NCBI RefSeq assembly: GCF_006345805.1
Contig: NC_043002.1
Coordinates: 63,550,001-63,614,000, forward strand
Length of the DNA stretch: 64,000 bases
Direction: 5' to 3'
From: Octopus sinensis
Taxonomy: Eukaryota
Under the pieces are notes generated by a model. It saw nothing but the letters and a program-made list of their open reading frames with translations, was not told the DNA's origin and did no database searches. The translations under genes were made by a program, and so were the position numbers. Below are positions 40,993 to 54,465 of this stretch, in pieces; within the stretch, counting starts at the first letter, position 1; each line of letters starts with the position of its first letter.

Positions 40993-41195
40993 TGACCTCG
41001 TGTGTACCGTTGGCGATTTTTTTCCTCTGTCTTCCCTTCTCTGGATCTCTCCTTCTCCTATGTTTCCGACGAAGAGCTCCGCTCGAAACGTTAAACCCTC
41101 CTTCTTTCCTTCTTTTCTGAGCGTACAATAATACTATATTTGTTCCACGTGCTCGCGTTGTTGTGCTTTTGTGCTTCCTTGATTGGATTAACCAT
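40993..41195 (+). mobile_element. short hammerhead-bearing pLTR-like element in (TA)n
   Basis: GTTT-CCGACGA(41066)-AGAGC-TCC-GCTC-GAAAC-GTT-AAAC; one core change (CTGA to CCGA). Confidence 0.7.
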
Positions 41196-41263
41196 ATATA
41201 GACATACATACACACACACATGAAAGCACACACACATTTATATATATTCACATATATAGATAT

Positions 41264-41304
<41 letters not shown>

Positions 41305-41943
41305 TAGACTTGCTAAGTTAGCTTATATATTTCGCAATAATACAGCTCGGCTCATTTGAAAACCTCATTGTAGTATACAAAGAATTACTGAACACGATGA
41401 CAACGCAATAATTTAGGAGGGGGGACAATTGTTTTACTCTTTTAATCTATCACGTGATAGCTTTCTTCCATCAATTCCTTTATTACGACTATTTATGACT
41501 ATAGCCATTTTGCAATATGATAACTCACGTCTGCACATATGTATGTTTCATACATGCATACATACATATATACATACATATATACATACACACATACATA
41601 CATTCATGCATACATATATACATACATATACATACAATACACATACACATACAGACATATATATATTCATATAAATACATGTATATTCAGGTTTATATGT
41701 ATACATATATTTATGCACCGTCTTATAAGTTTGTGCGCGTGCTGTTACTTAATGTGCGAAGTTTATGACACACGAACAGTTCTATACATACACTAACCTT
41801 ATGTGCGTGAGGTTACAGACAAAAGTATATTGAATAACTGTTTATGACGAGCCATACTGACCCATTTGACATTGTCCTCCGTACTAATTACATTGCATAT
41901 TTTATAATGTTGTCAACCAATTTTCTGCTAACCGTGGGCTGAG

Positions 41944-41979
<36 letters not shown>

Positions 41980-41989
41980 ATATATAATA

Positions 41990-42036
<47 letters not shown>

Positions 42037-42037
42037 T

Positions 42038-42075
<38 letters not shown>

Positions 42076-42083
42076 GTATATAA

Positions 42084-42169
<86 letters not shown>

Positions 42170-42292
42170 CATATACATAGATACATAGATAGATACATAC
42201 ATACATAGTTAGATGGATGGATATTGAGATATATGTGTGTATATTTGTACATATACATACACACATATGTATATATGTGTATATACATATAT

Positions 42293-42334
<42 letters not shown>

Positions 42335-42889
42335 AAATGTATGTGTGACACATATCTGTGTGTGCGTGTATATGTATATATGCATGCGTATATATATATA
42401 CTTATACATATATATATTTATGTGTGTGTGCGTGTATGTGTGTTTATGTGCGTATATGTGTGCGTTTGTGTGTATGTGAATGTGTGCGTGTCTAAATTCT
42501 CTTGCTACGCTAAATTTATTGACATTGTCGTAATGACAATAAGGTAATTAATTCTGAATAATATATCACACAGGTCAGCGTTACTGATTACCAGTAGTTA
42601 TTTAATATAATATTCTTTTTAACCTCCCCTCTGATAGGTTTCTCCACACAGAACCATGTCTATCATTTTCTTATCTATCATTTTCAATGCAGGGCATTGA
42701 AATTGATCTCAGCTTTAAATATGATAACTCACGTCTGCACATATGTATGATAAATTTGAGTAAAAAATCCTGCTTGGGTCTGTGGGTTTCATTCATGTGG
42801 GGATTAGCTGGAGGGTCGGTTGTTATGGTTGGCTGTTTTGGAGATTGTTTAAGTATTAAATTCGTGTTGATGCTATTGTTTAGAATTTA

Positions 42890-43017
42890 ACTTGCCTACC
42901 AACCGCATGGTTCCGGGTACAGTCCAACTATGTGGCACCTTGGGCAAGTGTTTTCTACTATTGCCTCGGGCCGACTAAAGACTTGTGATGGATTTGGTAA
43001 TTGAAAGAAGACCGTCG

Positions 43018-43054
<37 letters not shown>

Positions 43055-43358
43055 TCGTAATTGTGCACCATGTTCTCTGAATTTTTTTGTTCTATTTATC
43101 TTTGTTGCCGTACACATTCTCTAGCTTACTTACAAAGGAGTCTAATGCTCTTAGCATAGACCTTTTGGTGGGCAACCAGATCGAACAATCTCAAGTGTAA
43201 CTGTCCGAAATGTTAGTGACTTCTGGAACTTGACTGAGGAAAGAAAGCCACGATTGACCCGTCTTTTTTGTTTGATCTTCTAATTGTTGTTTCTCTGTCC
43301 GCCTTTGTATCATCAATCTGCCTGAATATTGTAATGTCCTCTATTACATTTTTGTTCC

Positions 43359-43399
<41 letters not shown>

Positions 43400-43585
43400 T
43401 GCCTGTGTTTCTTCCCCCACCATCGCTTGACAACCGATGGTGGTGTGTTTACGTATCCTTCGACAAAGGACACCGACAGCTTAATTACTAGACCTACAAA
43501 GTCTTGGGGTCGAGTTGCACGACTAAAGGTGGGTCTCTAACACGGCCGCAGTCAAACGACTGAAACAGGTGAATGAATAAAAGAA
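42890..43585 (+). mobile_element. SINE family B with a ~290 bp insertion (~43055-43345) in its internal TA tract
   Basis: head ccgggtacagtcc..ccttgggcaagtg; tail catcgcttgacaaccgatgg..gcagtcaaacgactgaaaca. Confidence 0.85.
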
Positions 43586-43599
43586 CAGACCTTTATAAG

Positions 43600-44150
43600 C
43601 ATGTGTGAATATTTCGGATTACAATGTGTTCCTTTTGGGTTTCGTAGGCCTAGTCGTGTTATTTTTTTTAATTTTTGTATTGCATTTAATATTTTGCTTT
43701 GGCCTAATAAAGGTTTAAAATTTAGTCCAGTATTTAAAAACTTAGTATCTGTGTGTTTCCAAATATTTGTAATATAAGTTTTTAGAGATTCGCAAAAATG
43801 TATGTATGTTGTATGATTTACCTGGTCAGCTTTATAACTACCTGTGTTTTTATGCCGGTTATTTACTTTTGTTACTTGAAAGGTAGCGCTTATTTTTCGG
43901 GCGTGTCATGGTTTTGTTAGTGTAGAAAATTGCTCATGTTGTGCTTTGATATTCACAAAATGATGTGGGTAGGTACAATCTTGTTGGTCTGTATGTTTCT
44001 CGCTAATTGTTCAGTGATATAAAAGCAATTTGATTAATAAATAGATATTTTAATCCTTATGTTTAATAGGGTTACAGATTGTGGGCTATATGATAATATT
44101 TCTGCAGTTTGTGTTCAAACGTGAATATCTAATATTATATTATTATAGGT
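43600..44150 (-). pseudogene. decayed Penelope-like RT thumb fragment
   Basis: frameshifted IFTFEHK..ETYRPTRLYLPTSFCEYQ..KTMT..RKIS resembles PLE FTxE..TYRKPT..GLYL..SF. Confidence 0.5.
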
Positions 44151-44489
44151 CTTTCAATATATGCGAAAGTGGGGCATAATAAATGATGTGTATGTATTCA
44201 TGTATAGAAATGGGAATAAAAATAACATTTTAATTCCTAAAAAATTCAATATCAAATTAAAAAAAAATTTTAAATGTAAGGAAGAAAAGGTTATTCCATC
44301 TTTCATGCATACAAATATATATCGTTATGTGGTTTTATGTAATTGACTAAATTCTGAGATTTTCTCATATAAGTACATATATATGAACCAAATTACAGTG
44401 CACTATTCAAAACAAGACAGGAGCTTTGGACAATATTACGTCGAAAAATGCGAGCAAGAGAAATAATATTCTTAAGATTATAAACCCCG

Positions 44490-44595
44490 AAAAAGTACTG
44501 AGACAAGTTATTATACTTGGAAGAGTTCAGCACAAGTTATTACATCTGGTAAAGTACAGGACAAGTTATTACGTTTGGTAAAGCACGGAACAAGA
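44490..44595 (+). repeat. degenerate minisatellite ~29 bp x 4
   Basis: aaagtacaggacaagttattac.tttggt units. Confidence 0.8.
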
Positions 44596-44773
44596 AAATT
44601 TTACTTAAAATATTCCAGCTAAGGATAAAATTTTAGATAAAATTTAGAAAAAATAAGATTTAGAAGTTATTAGCTTTTATGGAAACTAAAAAATTTATTA
44701 AAAGTTACTATTTCTATTTGTTATTACGTACTACTTCTACTAAAGATGAAAAAAATAACTGAAAATAGTTTGT

Positions 44774-45076
44774 GAAGTATATTTGCCATCTAAATATGGC
44801 TAACCACAAAGGGTGTATGTTACTCTAGCTTGTAGCCCCAGGCGAACATCTTCTCCAGCTAGCTATTGACACACTTTCTTGCCCTATCGGTATTTGCAAA
44901 GGGAGGTCATCCTTCCCTCGTCAACCTATGTGTGTTAATAGCCAGCAGGAGAATATGGTCTCCTGGGGCTACAAGCTACAGTACATCCACCCTTAGTGGT
45001 TAACCATAGTTAGATGGCAAATATACTTCACATTGTCGTGCAGATACGGTCTATACCTCGTTCAGAGATTTATTAT
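44774..45076 (+). mobile_element. fold-back element with 14-bp perfect TSD and no recognisable hammerhead
   Basis: arms 44771-44874 and 44930-45032; extension ending ttattat; TSD tgaaaatagtttgt at 44760-44773 and 45077-45090. Confidence 0.88.
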
Positions 45077-46349
45077 TGAAAATAGTTTGTTCAGTGTAAA
45101 AAAATTCCTTTTTGCTAGTGGAGCAAATCCTAATATTTTTATGCGAGGGAGCTGTCCTCTGCAAAAATATTAACAGTTTTCAATTTGGTTAAGAACTGAA
45201 TTAGCGACACAGCTCTGAATTTGCTGCGTGTGAGTAAATTGCGGCCTTAATAATATTATTGAAATACTACCGTAGTTGAATGACAGCCACACGAAATAGA
45301 ACGGCATCTCAAACGCTTGAATTCTTTTCATCTCGTTACTCTTCCGTCGTGGTTAACTCGCAGCTAGGGGCAAAAAGAAGACACATATTCCTAAAAGAAA
45401 ACAGAAAACAACTTTATGTTTATACAAGCCAAATATATTAAAATTGAAGTTATTCATTGCAGCAGTATTTTTAGCTAGCTGGAGTAAGTTTTAACAATAT
45501 TTAAAATAACCATCAATTAAATAAGTGGCATAAATGTATTAAAAGTAATTAAACAATTGCTTATTACTTGAGATCTAACAAAACACGAAGAAGTTCGCCA
45601 TTTTACTCCTCATGCTATAAATAAAATAAATAATTCTACATTGTGAAATATTTTCGCATTAGAGCTAAACAGAGAGCAAATAGAACAAAATACAAACAGA
45701 AACAGACAAAAATCTTAGAAAACACAAGAAAGTCATTTTATGAAGATGCGTAATTTCACACCACTCTTTGCGTACGTGATAGTACAGGATGGATCATGTG
45801 TCTTTTTATATATTCTTTCATCTTTAATTTGTTTTCATGGCTTTTAATAGATATATATCTAAGATACGAGGTGTGAAAACTTCTGTGTTCTTCTTGATTA
45901 TATATACTTGTGTGTGTGTGTGTATGTGAAAGCGTGTCTCCGCGTATGTGCATGTATGTATATAAACATGTGTGTATATATGTACGTATGTATGTATGCG
46001 AGTGTGTTTGTGTATATATACACACAAATACACACACACACAAATACACACACATAGATATATGTATGTATATATATTTTATATATATACGTGTGTTTGT
46101 CAGTTTGCGCGTGTGTCTATATGTATGGCTATGCCTGACTGTGTGTGTATACGTGCGTATCTATCGCATGATATTCTCTACAAGTCTCTGATAGCAGCAA
46201 TAGTATTTTTTATGGATTTATTCGATAATTAAACAACTTCAGAGGAATGACGATACCACTGGAAACATACGCGCATACATTCTTTTACAGAGATATCTGC
46301 ATGAAACTGAGAGATGTAATGAGAATGATGCGAAAATAAAAAGCCGAAG

Positions 46350-46615
46350 AAAACCGACGATGATGATGATATGGTGATGATGATGACGACGACGACGGTG
46401 AACACGACGATGATGATGATAACGATGATGATGATGATGAGGAGGAGGAGGACGATGACGATGAAAATGATGTTGATGATGATAATAAAGATGACGACGA
46501 CGACGAACATAATGTTGATAATGAAGACTACGACGACGACAACGACAACAACGACGATGATGATGATGATGACGACGTCATTCGTTGTCGTCGTCATCAT
46601 CATCTTCATCACCTT
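46350..46615. repeat. (GAT/GAC)n low-complexity tract that switches to its complement near 46578
   Basis: gatgatgacgacg then gtcgtcgtcatcatc. Confidence 0.85.
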
Positions 46616-47044
46616 CTAATCATTATAGTCGTGATTAGGATGTCGATGGTGCTCACATAAATACCAAATGTAAAAATTAATCAAACTATTTCTATACATA
46701 TACACACACACACGAAGAATTAAACGACGCAAAAAAAAACAAAAAATTATACACACATATGACAAACACCACATTTCAACCACGCATGATAAAGTTGAGT
46801 GAGAAAAAAATAACAAATGCCGTATCAACCGAGAAGAACAACGGTAACAAAGATATCAACAGCTACCAAGTGCATTAAAAAGAAGCGTTTATGAAACTAG
46901 CAACAAAGACGATCAATCTGCATGTGTGTGTATATATATATATATATATGCATATATGTATGTTCTATGTATGTATGTATGCATGTGTGCGTGTATGTAT
47001 GTTTGCACGTACACTTGTATGCGTGTACGTATACATATATACAT

Positions 47045-47115
<71 letters not shown>

Positions 47116-47170
47116 AATATGCATATACACACAGAAATATATCCATACAAATTGACATATATATATATAC

Positions 47171-47232
<62 letters not shown>

Positions 47233-47242
47233 GTATACATAT

Positions 47243-47308
<66 letters not shown>

Positions 47309-47327
47309 TATATATATATATAAATAT

Positions 47328-47407
<80 letters not shown>

Positions 47408-47819
47408 TCACACGATTCGTTAAAAACACCAAACTCCTGATTAATTTAACGATAGTAAAGGTGTTATATATTGGATAAGATATAAAAATAAGAACATATG
47501 CTCTTAATTCCCGAAAACTATCTTTTACACCATTATTTCAATGTTACATCAGTAACTTCCTGCAAAGATTTTCAGATTTCAATAGTTACTGACAAAAATA
47601 AAACGAAAACGAACAATGAAAAATGAAACGCTGCCACTTCACTGTCCGTTTTTAACATCCATCACTATTTTCATATTAACATTTGATGGAAATCAATAGA
47701 ACTGACAAGAAGAAATTGACAAGGATTTTGCAGAAAATAAAGTATTTCACAAGTTTGTATATACATTGGATATCATACTAATGTGCGTGACTTTGTTATG
47801 TAGCTTATCTTTTTTATCT

Positions 47820-48030
47820 TTGAACTTTTGTACTAGTTTCAGTCATTAAACTGCGGCCATGTTGGTGCACAGTTTTTTAGAAACTATATTCGGATGTATC
47901 GACCCTGGTACATTATGTTAAGCCTGCGACATATACTATCGATCTCTTTTACCGGACCGATGGTTACGGGGATATAAAGAGACCAACACCGGTTAACCTG
48001 TTGGCAGAGCGAGAGAAGGACACATACATA
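47820..48030 (-). mobile_element. SINE family B 3' half, diverged
   Basis: gtttcagtcattaaactgcggccatg..gttacgggga. Confidence 0.75.
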
Positions 48031-48159
48031 GATATATACATAGACATGCATAAATACATATACGTATAGGGGAGTATTCACAAAAACGAAAAGACGAATA
48101 CAGGTGGTGTAGACAACGAATAGATAGTTTAACGCTCGGGATATATATATATATATAAA

Positions 48160-48495
48160 GGGGTAAAGACCCCCTTCGGTCATGAATGACCATGGGATTG
48201 CACCTAGAAAGTTACCCTCCTAGACACAAGTCCGGGCAAGGTTGTTTATGGAAGGCCAGCAGTCGCCCATGCATACCAGCCTCCCCTCTCCACGCCACCA
48301 GTGTTATCCAGGGGAAAGACAAAGGTCGATACAGTTTGGCACCCATGACGTCGCAACTCATTTCTACAGCTGAGTGAACTGGAGCAACGTGAAATAAAGT
48401 GCCTTGCTCAAGAATACAACACGCAGCCCGGTCCGGGATTTGAGCTCACAACCTCACGATCGTAAGCTCGACGCTCTAACCACTGAGCCATGCGC
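48160..48495 (-). mobile_element. full-length tRNA-derived SINE family C in (TA)n
   Basis: minus strand gcgcatggctcagtggttagagcg (A box)...gagctcaaatccc (B box)...cttgagcaaggcactttatttcac..cactcagctgtagaaatgagt. Confidence 0.88.
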
Positions 48496-48529
48496 TAACC
48501 ACTGAGCTATATATATATATATATATCCT

Positions 48530-48782
48530 ATAAATAATAAGGATGGTATTTTTATATAAACGTAAAGCTTATGCCGATCACCAATGACTAAGAAAAATAT
48601 TCTAATAAAGAGGCATGTAAGCCCTCAGATACAGAAACACAAAAAGGCTTTCCTATCCGCGTGAGCTTTCTTTTTCTGTCTAGGGCTTATTTGCCCCTTT
48701 ATTTGATTGTTTTCTATAGACATTGCACGGTGATCGCCATAAGGTTTAAGCCTATATATAAGTACAATTATTATTATTTATA
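48530..48782. mobile_element. diverged fold-back element
   Basis: ataaataataa..cttatgccgatcacc..taagccct pairs with agggctta..ggtgatcgccataag..ttattattat. Confidence 0.8.
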
Positions 48783-49132
48783 TGATTGTAAATTCGGCGC
48801 CGTATTAAAAAAAATATTCGCACCGAAAGCGTAGATGTACATAGGTTTTCAAAGCGATGAATAGCTTTGCGGAAATCAAGGTTCGCTTTCTTTTCTGACT
48901 TTATTATCATCTTATAATCATCTCATAATAATGACTTTTATGACTTTTATTACTACCTCAGACCATCTAAATGTATATATTTGTCGTTACCGGTCACAAA
49001 AAGCCTTTTTTTAAAATTTACACTGTGGAGTTTTGTTGATTTTTCATATTTTACCTTTACATTTCCACGTGTATTTTATATTTTATATATTCTTTTTGTA
49101 ACATATTTCTACTATATATATATACATATACG

Positions 49133-49411
49133 ACTTATAAACAAGGGCAAAAGAAAAAGATTTAAATACCAAATATGCTGAAATAGACTTAATCGTCAAT
49201 AACCATATAGTTTATCACTATAAGCACGCGTCTCGAAAGCAAGCCGATAGAAATTTCTTTAAAAATGGGTTATTATCGGATCGGTCCCAATTTCTGAATT
49301 AATTCAATTAGAATTTTCTCGTCATCAGCGATAAATACGATAAGAAAATAAATGAAATACTTACTTGTACCCACGGCATTGACATTTTTTCTTTCACCCT
49401 TGTTTATAAGT
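49133..49411. mobile_element. element with ~28-bp terminal inverted repeats and degenerate minus-strand hammerhead
   Basis: cttataaacaaggg..aagaaaaa and tttttctttcacccttgtttataag; minus strand CTGATGA..tttc-GAGAC-GCGT at 49222-49330. Confidence 0.6.
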
Positions 49412-50694
49412 TGTTTATAAATTTAACCTTTAAAGGTATTAAAAAAAAATTTTTTTCTAAACTTTTATCCTATATTAGATGTAAATTTAATACTATTCAC
49501 TTCTGGACTCTATGAGAATTTTCAGTCCGAAAATAACAACAACAACAACAACAACAACAATAATAATAATAATAATAATAATAACGACCATAAAGACAAG
49601 ACGACACGCTGATGATGATGTTGGCGACTATGACGACGACGATTATGGTAATAGTACTAGTAATATAATCAGGAAAATTACGTCAACCACTGACGCTAAA
49701 ACATTCATACATGCGCAATTATATGCATGTAAAACTGACGCTTATATACGCGCATAGCAGAATTTATATATGTATGTATTTGAATTATAGAATGTAAGCA
49801 TATTTTCATGTTACATCTACGTTTGAAAAGGAGCGTTAAATTGCGTCCTTATTGCCTGTTTTGTAATGCTCAAAATAATTCTGGACAAATGCCCCATCTC
49901 CAAATTAAACTAATATACAGAATTTTGATAGTTAGATTTTTATCTTTCAATAAATGATATTGACTTTACGGAAGCAACAGATGTCTCTCAGTAAGTTTTT
50001 TGAAAATTGAAACAAGAAACAGATTTATGTAAATCCTAAACATATATCTTTAAGCGATATTGGCTTTCTATTAGCATTGTAAATAATCTCTCTGCAGTTA
50101 ATTTCTTTGACGTTCCATATAATCTTATTAACGTAATTCGCTTTTTCATACGGAAACTAGAGAACGCAGTATGTTACATACCCATATATATTAAATCTAC
50201 CCGGCAATTATCATCAACATCTTTACAAATTATCTCAATAAACTCAGCAAACTATCATTGATGAATAAAGTACATGAACAAACCGCAATGTCTATAGATT
50301 CGGCCATTCTCTGATCTACTCACATTTATCTTTTATTAAACTAAATTTGTTTCGGATTTTCATCGTGGTGCTCTGGTGCTCTGGTGTTCTCCACTTTTAT
50401 TTTCTCTTTTTTTCTCTTATTTTCTTTGTTTGCGGAAGCCATTGGTCCGAAATGTCGATGATTCACTGTTGATGCTTCCCAGTGTAAACACTAACCACAT
50501 TCTACTTCTGTATATGGTATTCTCTCGTCGTTTTTATCCGTTTTTCTTTCTGGATATATTTTCGATTTCTTCCTATAGGGCGATTAAATCCTAGTATATT
50601 CAGAAATTAATATTTGGCCAGATGATATTTAGTGGCAAAGGAAAAATGGAAATATCTTGCGGCTTGTTCTCTTGGAAGTTTCTTTCAAAATTAC

Positions 50695-50872
50695 AGGAGT
50701 AGGAGTGGCTGTGTGGTAAGTAGCTTGCTTACCAACCAAATGGTCCCAGGTTCAGTTCCACTGAGTGGCACCTTGGGCAAGTGTCTTCTACTATAGCCTC
50801 GGGTAGACCAAAGCCTTGTTAGTGGATTTGGTAGACGGAAACTGAAGGAAGCCCGTCCTATATATGTATATG

Positions 50873-50905
<33 letters not shown>

Positions 50906-51130
50906 GTGTGTTTGTGTGTCTGCGTTTGTCCTCCCAACATCGCTTGACAAGCGATGCTGGTGTGTTTATGTCCCCGTAACTTAGCGGTTCGGAAAAAGAG
51001 ACCGATAGAATAAGTACTAGGCTTCCAAAGAAGAAGTCCTGGGGTCGATCTGCTCGACTAAAGGCAGTGCTCCAGCATGGCCACAGTCAAATGACTGAAA
51101 CAAATAAAAGAGAGTAAAAGAAAAAGAGTA
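50695..51130 (+). mobile_element. SINE family B full length (CORE-like)
   Basis: aggagtggctgtgtggtaag A box, ggttcagttcc B box, ccttgggcaagtgtcttc core, (agagtaaa)n tail. Confidence 0.92.
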
Positions 51131-51309
51131 ATATACGCAGTTCCAACAGCTAAAGTTTACGATTTGAGAATATGTAAATATTGACTTCTTTGTACGCTCG
51201 AACCTGTATCGGGGGAAAAGAGTCATACTTTCCACGATCGTAAGCGAACCTCTCACGCGTGCCTAAGAATTTATGGTGACACGTCAAACACTCAGCCACA
51301 TGATTCGAA

Positions 51310-51780
51310 ACTGTCACTTAATTTATCGACCCCGAAGCCCGAAAGGATGAAAGGCAAAGTCGACCTCGGCGGAATTTGAACACAGAACATGAAAACAGAC
51401 GAAATACGGCTAAGCATTTTGCCCGGTGTGTTAACGTTTCTGCCTGCTCGCTACTTTATTATCTTCATTTCTGCTCCAGGCACAAGGCCCAAAATTTCTG
51501 GAGAGAGGTGCAAATCGATTAAATCGACCACAGTACGCAAGTGGTGATTAATTTATCGACCTCGACAGGATGAAAGGCGAAGTCGACCTCGGCGGAATTC
51601 GAACTCAGAACGTGACATCATACGAAATACCGCTAAGCATTTTGCCCGGCGTTCTAACGTTTTTTCCTGCTCGCCGCTTTATTATATTCATATCTGTTCT
51701 TGGCACAATGCCCGTCAGATGAAATACCGCTAAGCATTTCGCCCAGCGGGCTAAAATTTCCTCCAGCTCACCGCCTTATA
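51310..51780 (-). mobile_element. tandem array of SINE family A copies
   Basis: ggatgaaaggc.aagtcgacctcggcggaatt.gaac occurs twice, plus an extra head. Confidence 0.88.
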
Positions 51781-52589
51781 TGTGGCAACATAGGGAGTAG
51801 ATTTGTTTTGTGTCTCTGTTGAAGAGAAAGAAAGATATAGTGGTTAAGAGAATAAATATAAACGCAATATTTACATTATTAAGTAAAAAGAATGAAAGTA
51901 AGGTAGATTATATTTGTATATATGAGAGTACAGCATATTATACATATATAACTGTACTACGTGCATTTATTTGTAGATATGGCCACATAACAAGACACGT
52001 AAACGCACAAAGCCGCCTGCACACAATATAGTTACATGAGTGTGGGTGAGTGTTAATATGTAAGCGGAAGGAGATGGAGACAGTGGTTACATTTTATTAG
52101 TTTTATATGAAAATGTGTGTTTGAAATTTATCTATATTTCAAAATTATTTCACTACGAAGAAAAGAAAAAGAAGCATAACGTTAGCAAGATGGTTACGTA
52201 ATAACCATATATTTCCTATGGAACTACTGAATTGAAATAATATCAGGTATGCTGAAGATTGGCGTACGTCAAACCTTCACGAAAAAGTAATTAATTCAAT
52301 TGTTTCAAATAGTTTTATGAATATAAATAGAATTCCTAAATAATATACTACACATATACACACACACACACGAACACGTGTGAATGTATATATGTGTGTG
52401 TGTGTGTGCGTACGTGTGTGTGTGTGTGTTTGTGTGTGTGTGTATGTATGCCATTATTCAGTTTATTTCAAGATTTTTTGCCAATAAAGAAAGAAACCGT
52501 TCTTAACCTAGATCCAATGTTCCTTCATTGGAATTTCAACATCAGCAACAGTGTATCTTTGCATTTATGTATATATGGATGTATGTATC

Positions 52590-52970
52590 TATAGATTCAA
52601 TCAAGAACTGAAAGCAGCTCTAGTGTTCTACACACTATCCGTCGCACATAGCGTTGATGCCTCGCCGCTTATCCCTTCCAAGAGCGATGGATATCGATAT
52701 TTTGCCTTTTTGGGGTTTATCAACATCATGTACCAAAATTAGTCCAGGAGGAATCGTATCGCCAATCTATGTCTGTACAGAAATAGCATATGAACAATTT
52801 GATTCTAAGCCACAGCGATGTAACATTATATTCCATCACGAATTAAAAGAGCAGGCACAAGTGTTGTTTACATTATCAACCTCACGTTATCAATGTAGAC
52901 GTTTCGCTTGTCCGCTACTTCGCGGCTTTTAGCGCTTTGGGGGCGACGACTTCTTCATAGCACCTGAAAG
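52590..52970 (-). mobile_element. old tandem direct pLTR-like repeat with degenerate hammerhead
   Basis: ~80 bp diverged repeat (52595.. and 52830..); minus strand (a)TGAAGA..GACAAGC-GAAAC-GTC at 52893-52963. Confidence 0.45.
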
Positions 52971-54384
52971 TCGCAGACGGTATTATATATATATATATAT
53001 ACTGGTAATTAGTAAGGGGATTCTCCGGTTTTCTCACAGGTTTACAATTTATGTTATTCTACGGTTAGTATATATATATATATCAATAATTCTTATACGA
53101 TAAGAAGTTAGACATATATTCCGTTGGTTTTTGTAATCATACTACCTTTAACAATATAAGTTTCATGGAGTACTTAATATAATATAATATGATATAATAT
53201 AGTATGATATAATATATAAAGACTTCTGTGCGTATCTGCGTGTGCAATTATGTACATCATAATATGTTCTGCTGATGTATATTCAGCATTTTTCTCGCTT
53301 TGTTCGGCACAGAGTTAACTCGATATCATGCTCAATAAAATCAATTCGATCTGTTGGGTCGAGACCATCATATATCGTGTTACTACTCTCTTACCCGTTA
53401 ATTGTTTTATTAATATACAAATAGGGAAATCAATGATGCGATTCGTTTGACACACACGCATAAACATACCTACAGAACACTCTGTATGCTTGCATATATA
53501 ATATGTCTCTGTGTGTGTGCCCATGTATGTATGTGTGTATAGTTGTAATATGCGTGTGTGGGTGTCTTTGTGTGTTTGCGTGTGGGATTAAGTATAAATG
53601 CGTGTGCGCATGTGCTTTGTTTGTGTCTAGCTGAACCATATCATTTTAATTGAATGTTCTATATTTATATATAGAAAATAAAAAAAAAACAACAACAGGC
53701 AAGGTTCTGCAAGTCTTGCTAAAACAAAATATATAACAAATAACTAAAGTGCATATTTGCCCTTGCAATGATGAAAGAGATTTTGGCTTACTTAAATACA
53801 GAATTAGTGGCACACATTTTACGTGATATCTTTCGTTGCCTGAAAATTTTCATGTTTACCACTTAGTAACAATTGTAAACTAATAATCTGGTTAGAGAAT
53901 CTATAGTTTCAATTTATAATCTCTTTTGTGTCTCTCATCAACGCCAGAAAAGAAAAAGGTATCACTACGCCAAGACACACATTTACATATTACATACTAA
54001 ACGCACAAAAGTGATGGAATGTATGAAGCCGGATTGGCAGAGCCTTAGTCGCTGCCGTGCACAGTAAGGACATAGTAAGGAGCGCGGTAACGCGGAGAAA
54101 AGACGTGCGTCGTTGCTATCATACGGAAATACATCGTTGAAAATCGAGTTTACTGCCGTATAATATTAGTCCCAGAAAATCATTTATGGACGTGCACTGT
54201 TTGAAAAACATATTATATATATACCTGTCTATCTTCTTATCTCCTTATCCTCTTGGAGATGTGGGGTAAAATTATACTAATGTGTCCTAATTTAATTAAA
54301 TTCTAAGTCTTTGAGCAGCTGAAGATTGCTCTACATTTTAAACTGATGTTTAAAATCAAACAGTTGTATACAGATGATATGGCA

Positions 54385-54465
54385 ATACAGATGATATGCA
54401 ATGCGCATGATCAGTTGTATCTCAACAACTGATTATGCGCATTGCAAAATATCGCAATCTGTTGT
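54385..54465. other. compact hairpin with 22-bp core stem
   Basis: tgcaatgcgcatgatcagttgt (54397-54418) pairs with acaactgattatgcgcattgca (54425-54446), loop atctca; outer acagat/atctgt. Confidence 0.85.

Noticed and set aside
48476-48507. 13-bp duplication ctaaccactgagc at a SINE 5' end
   Set aside because: A simple slippage or template-jump scar with no wider significance evident.
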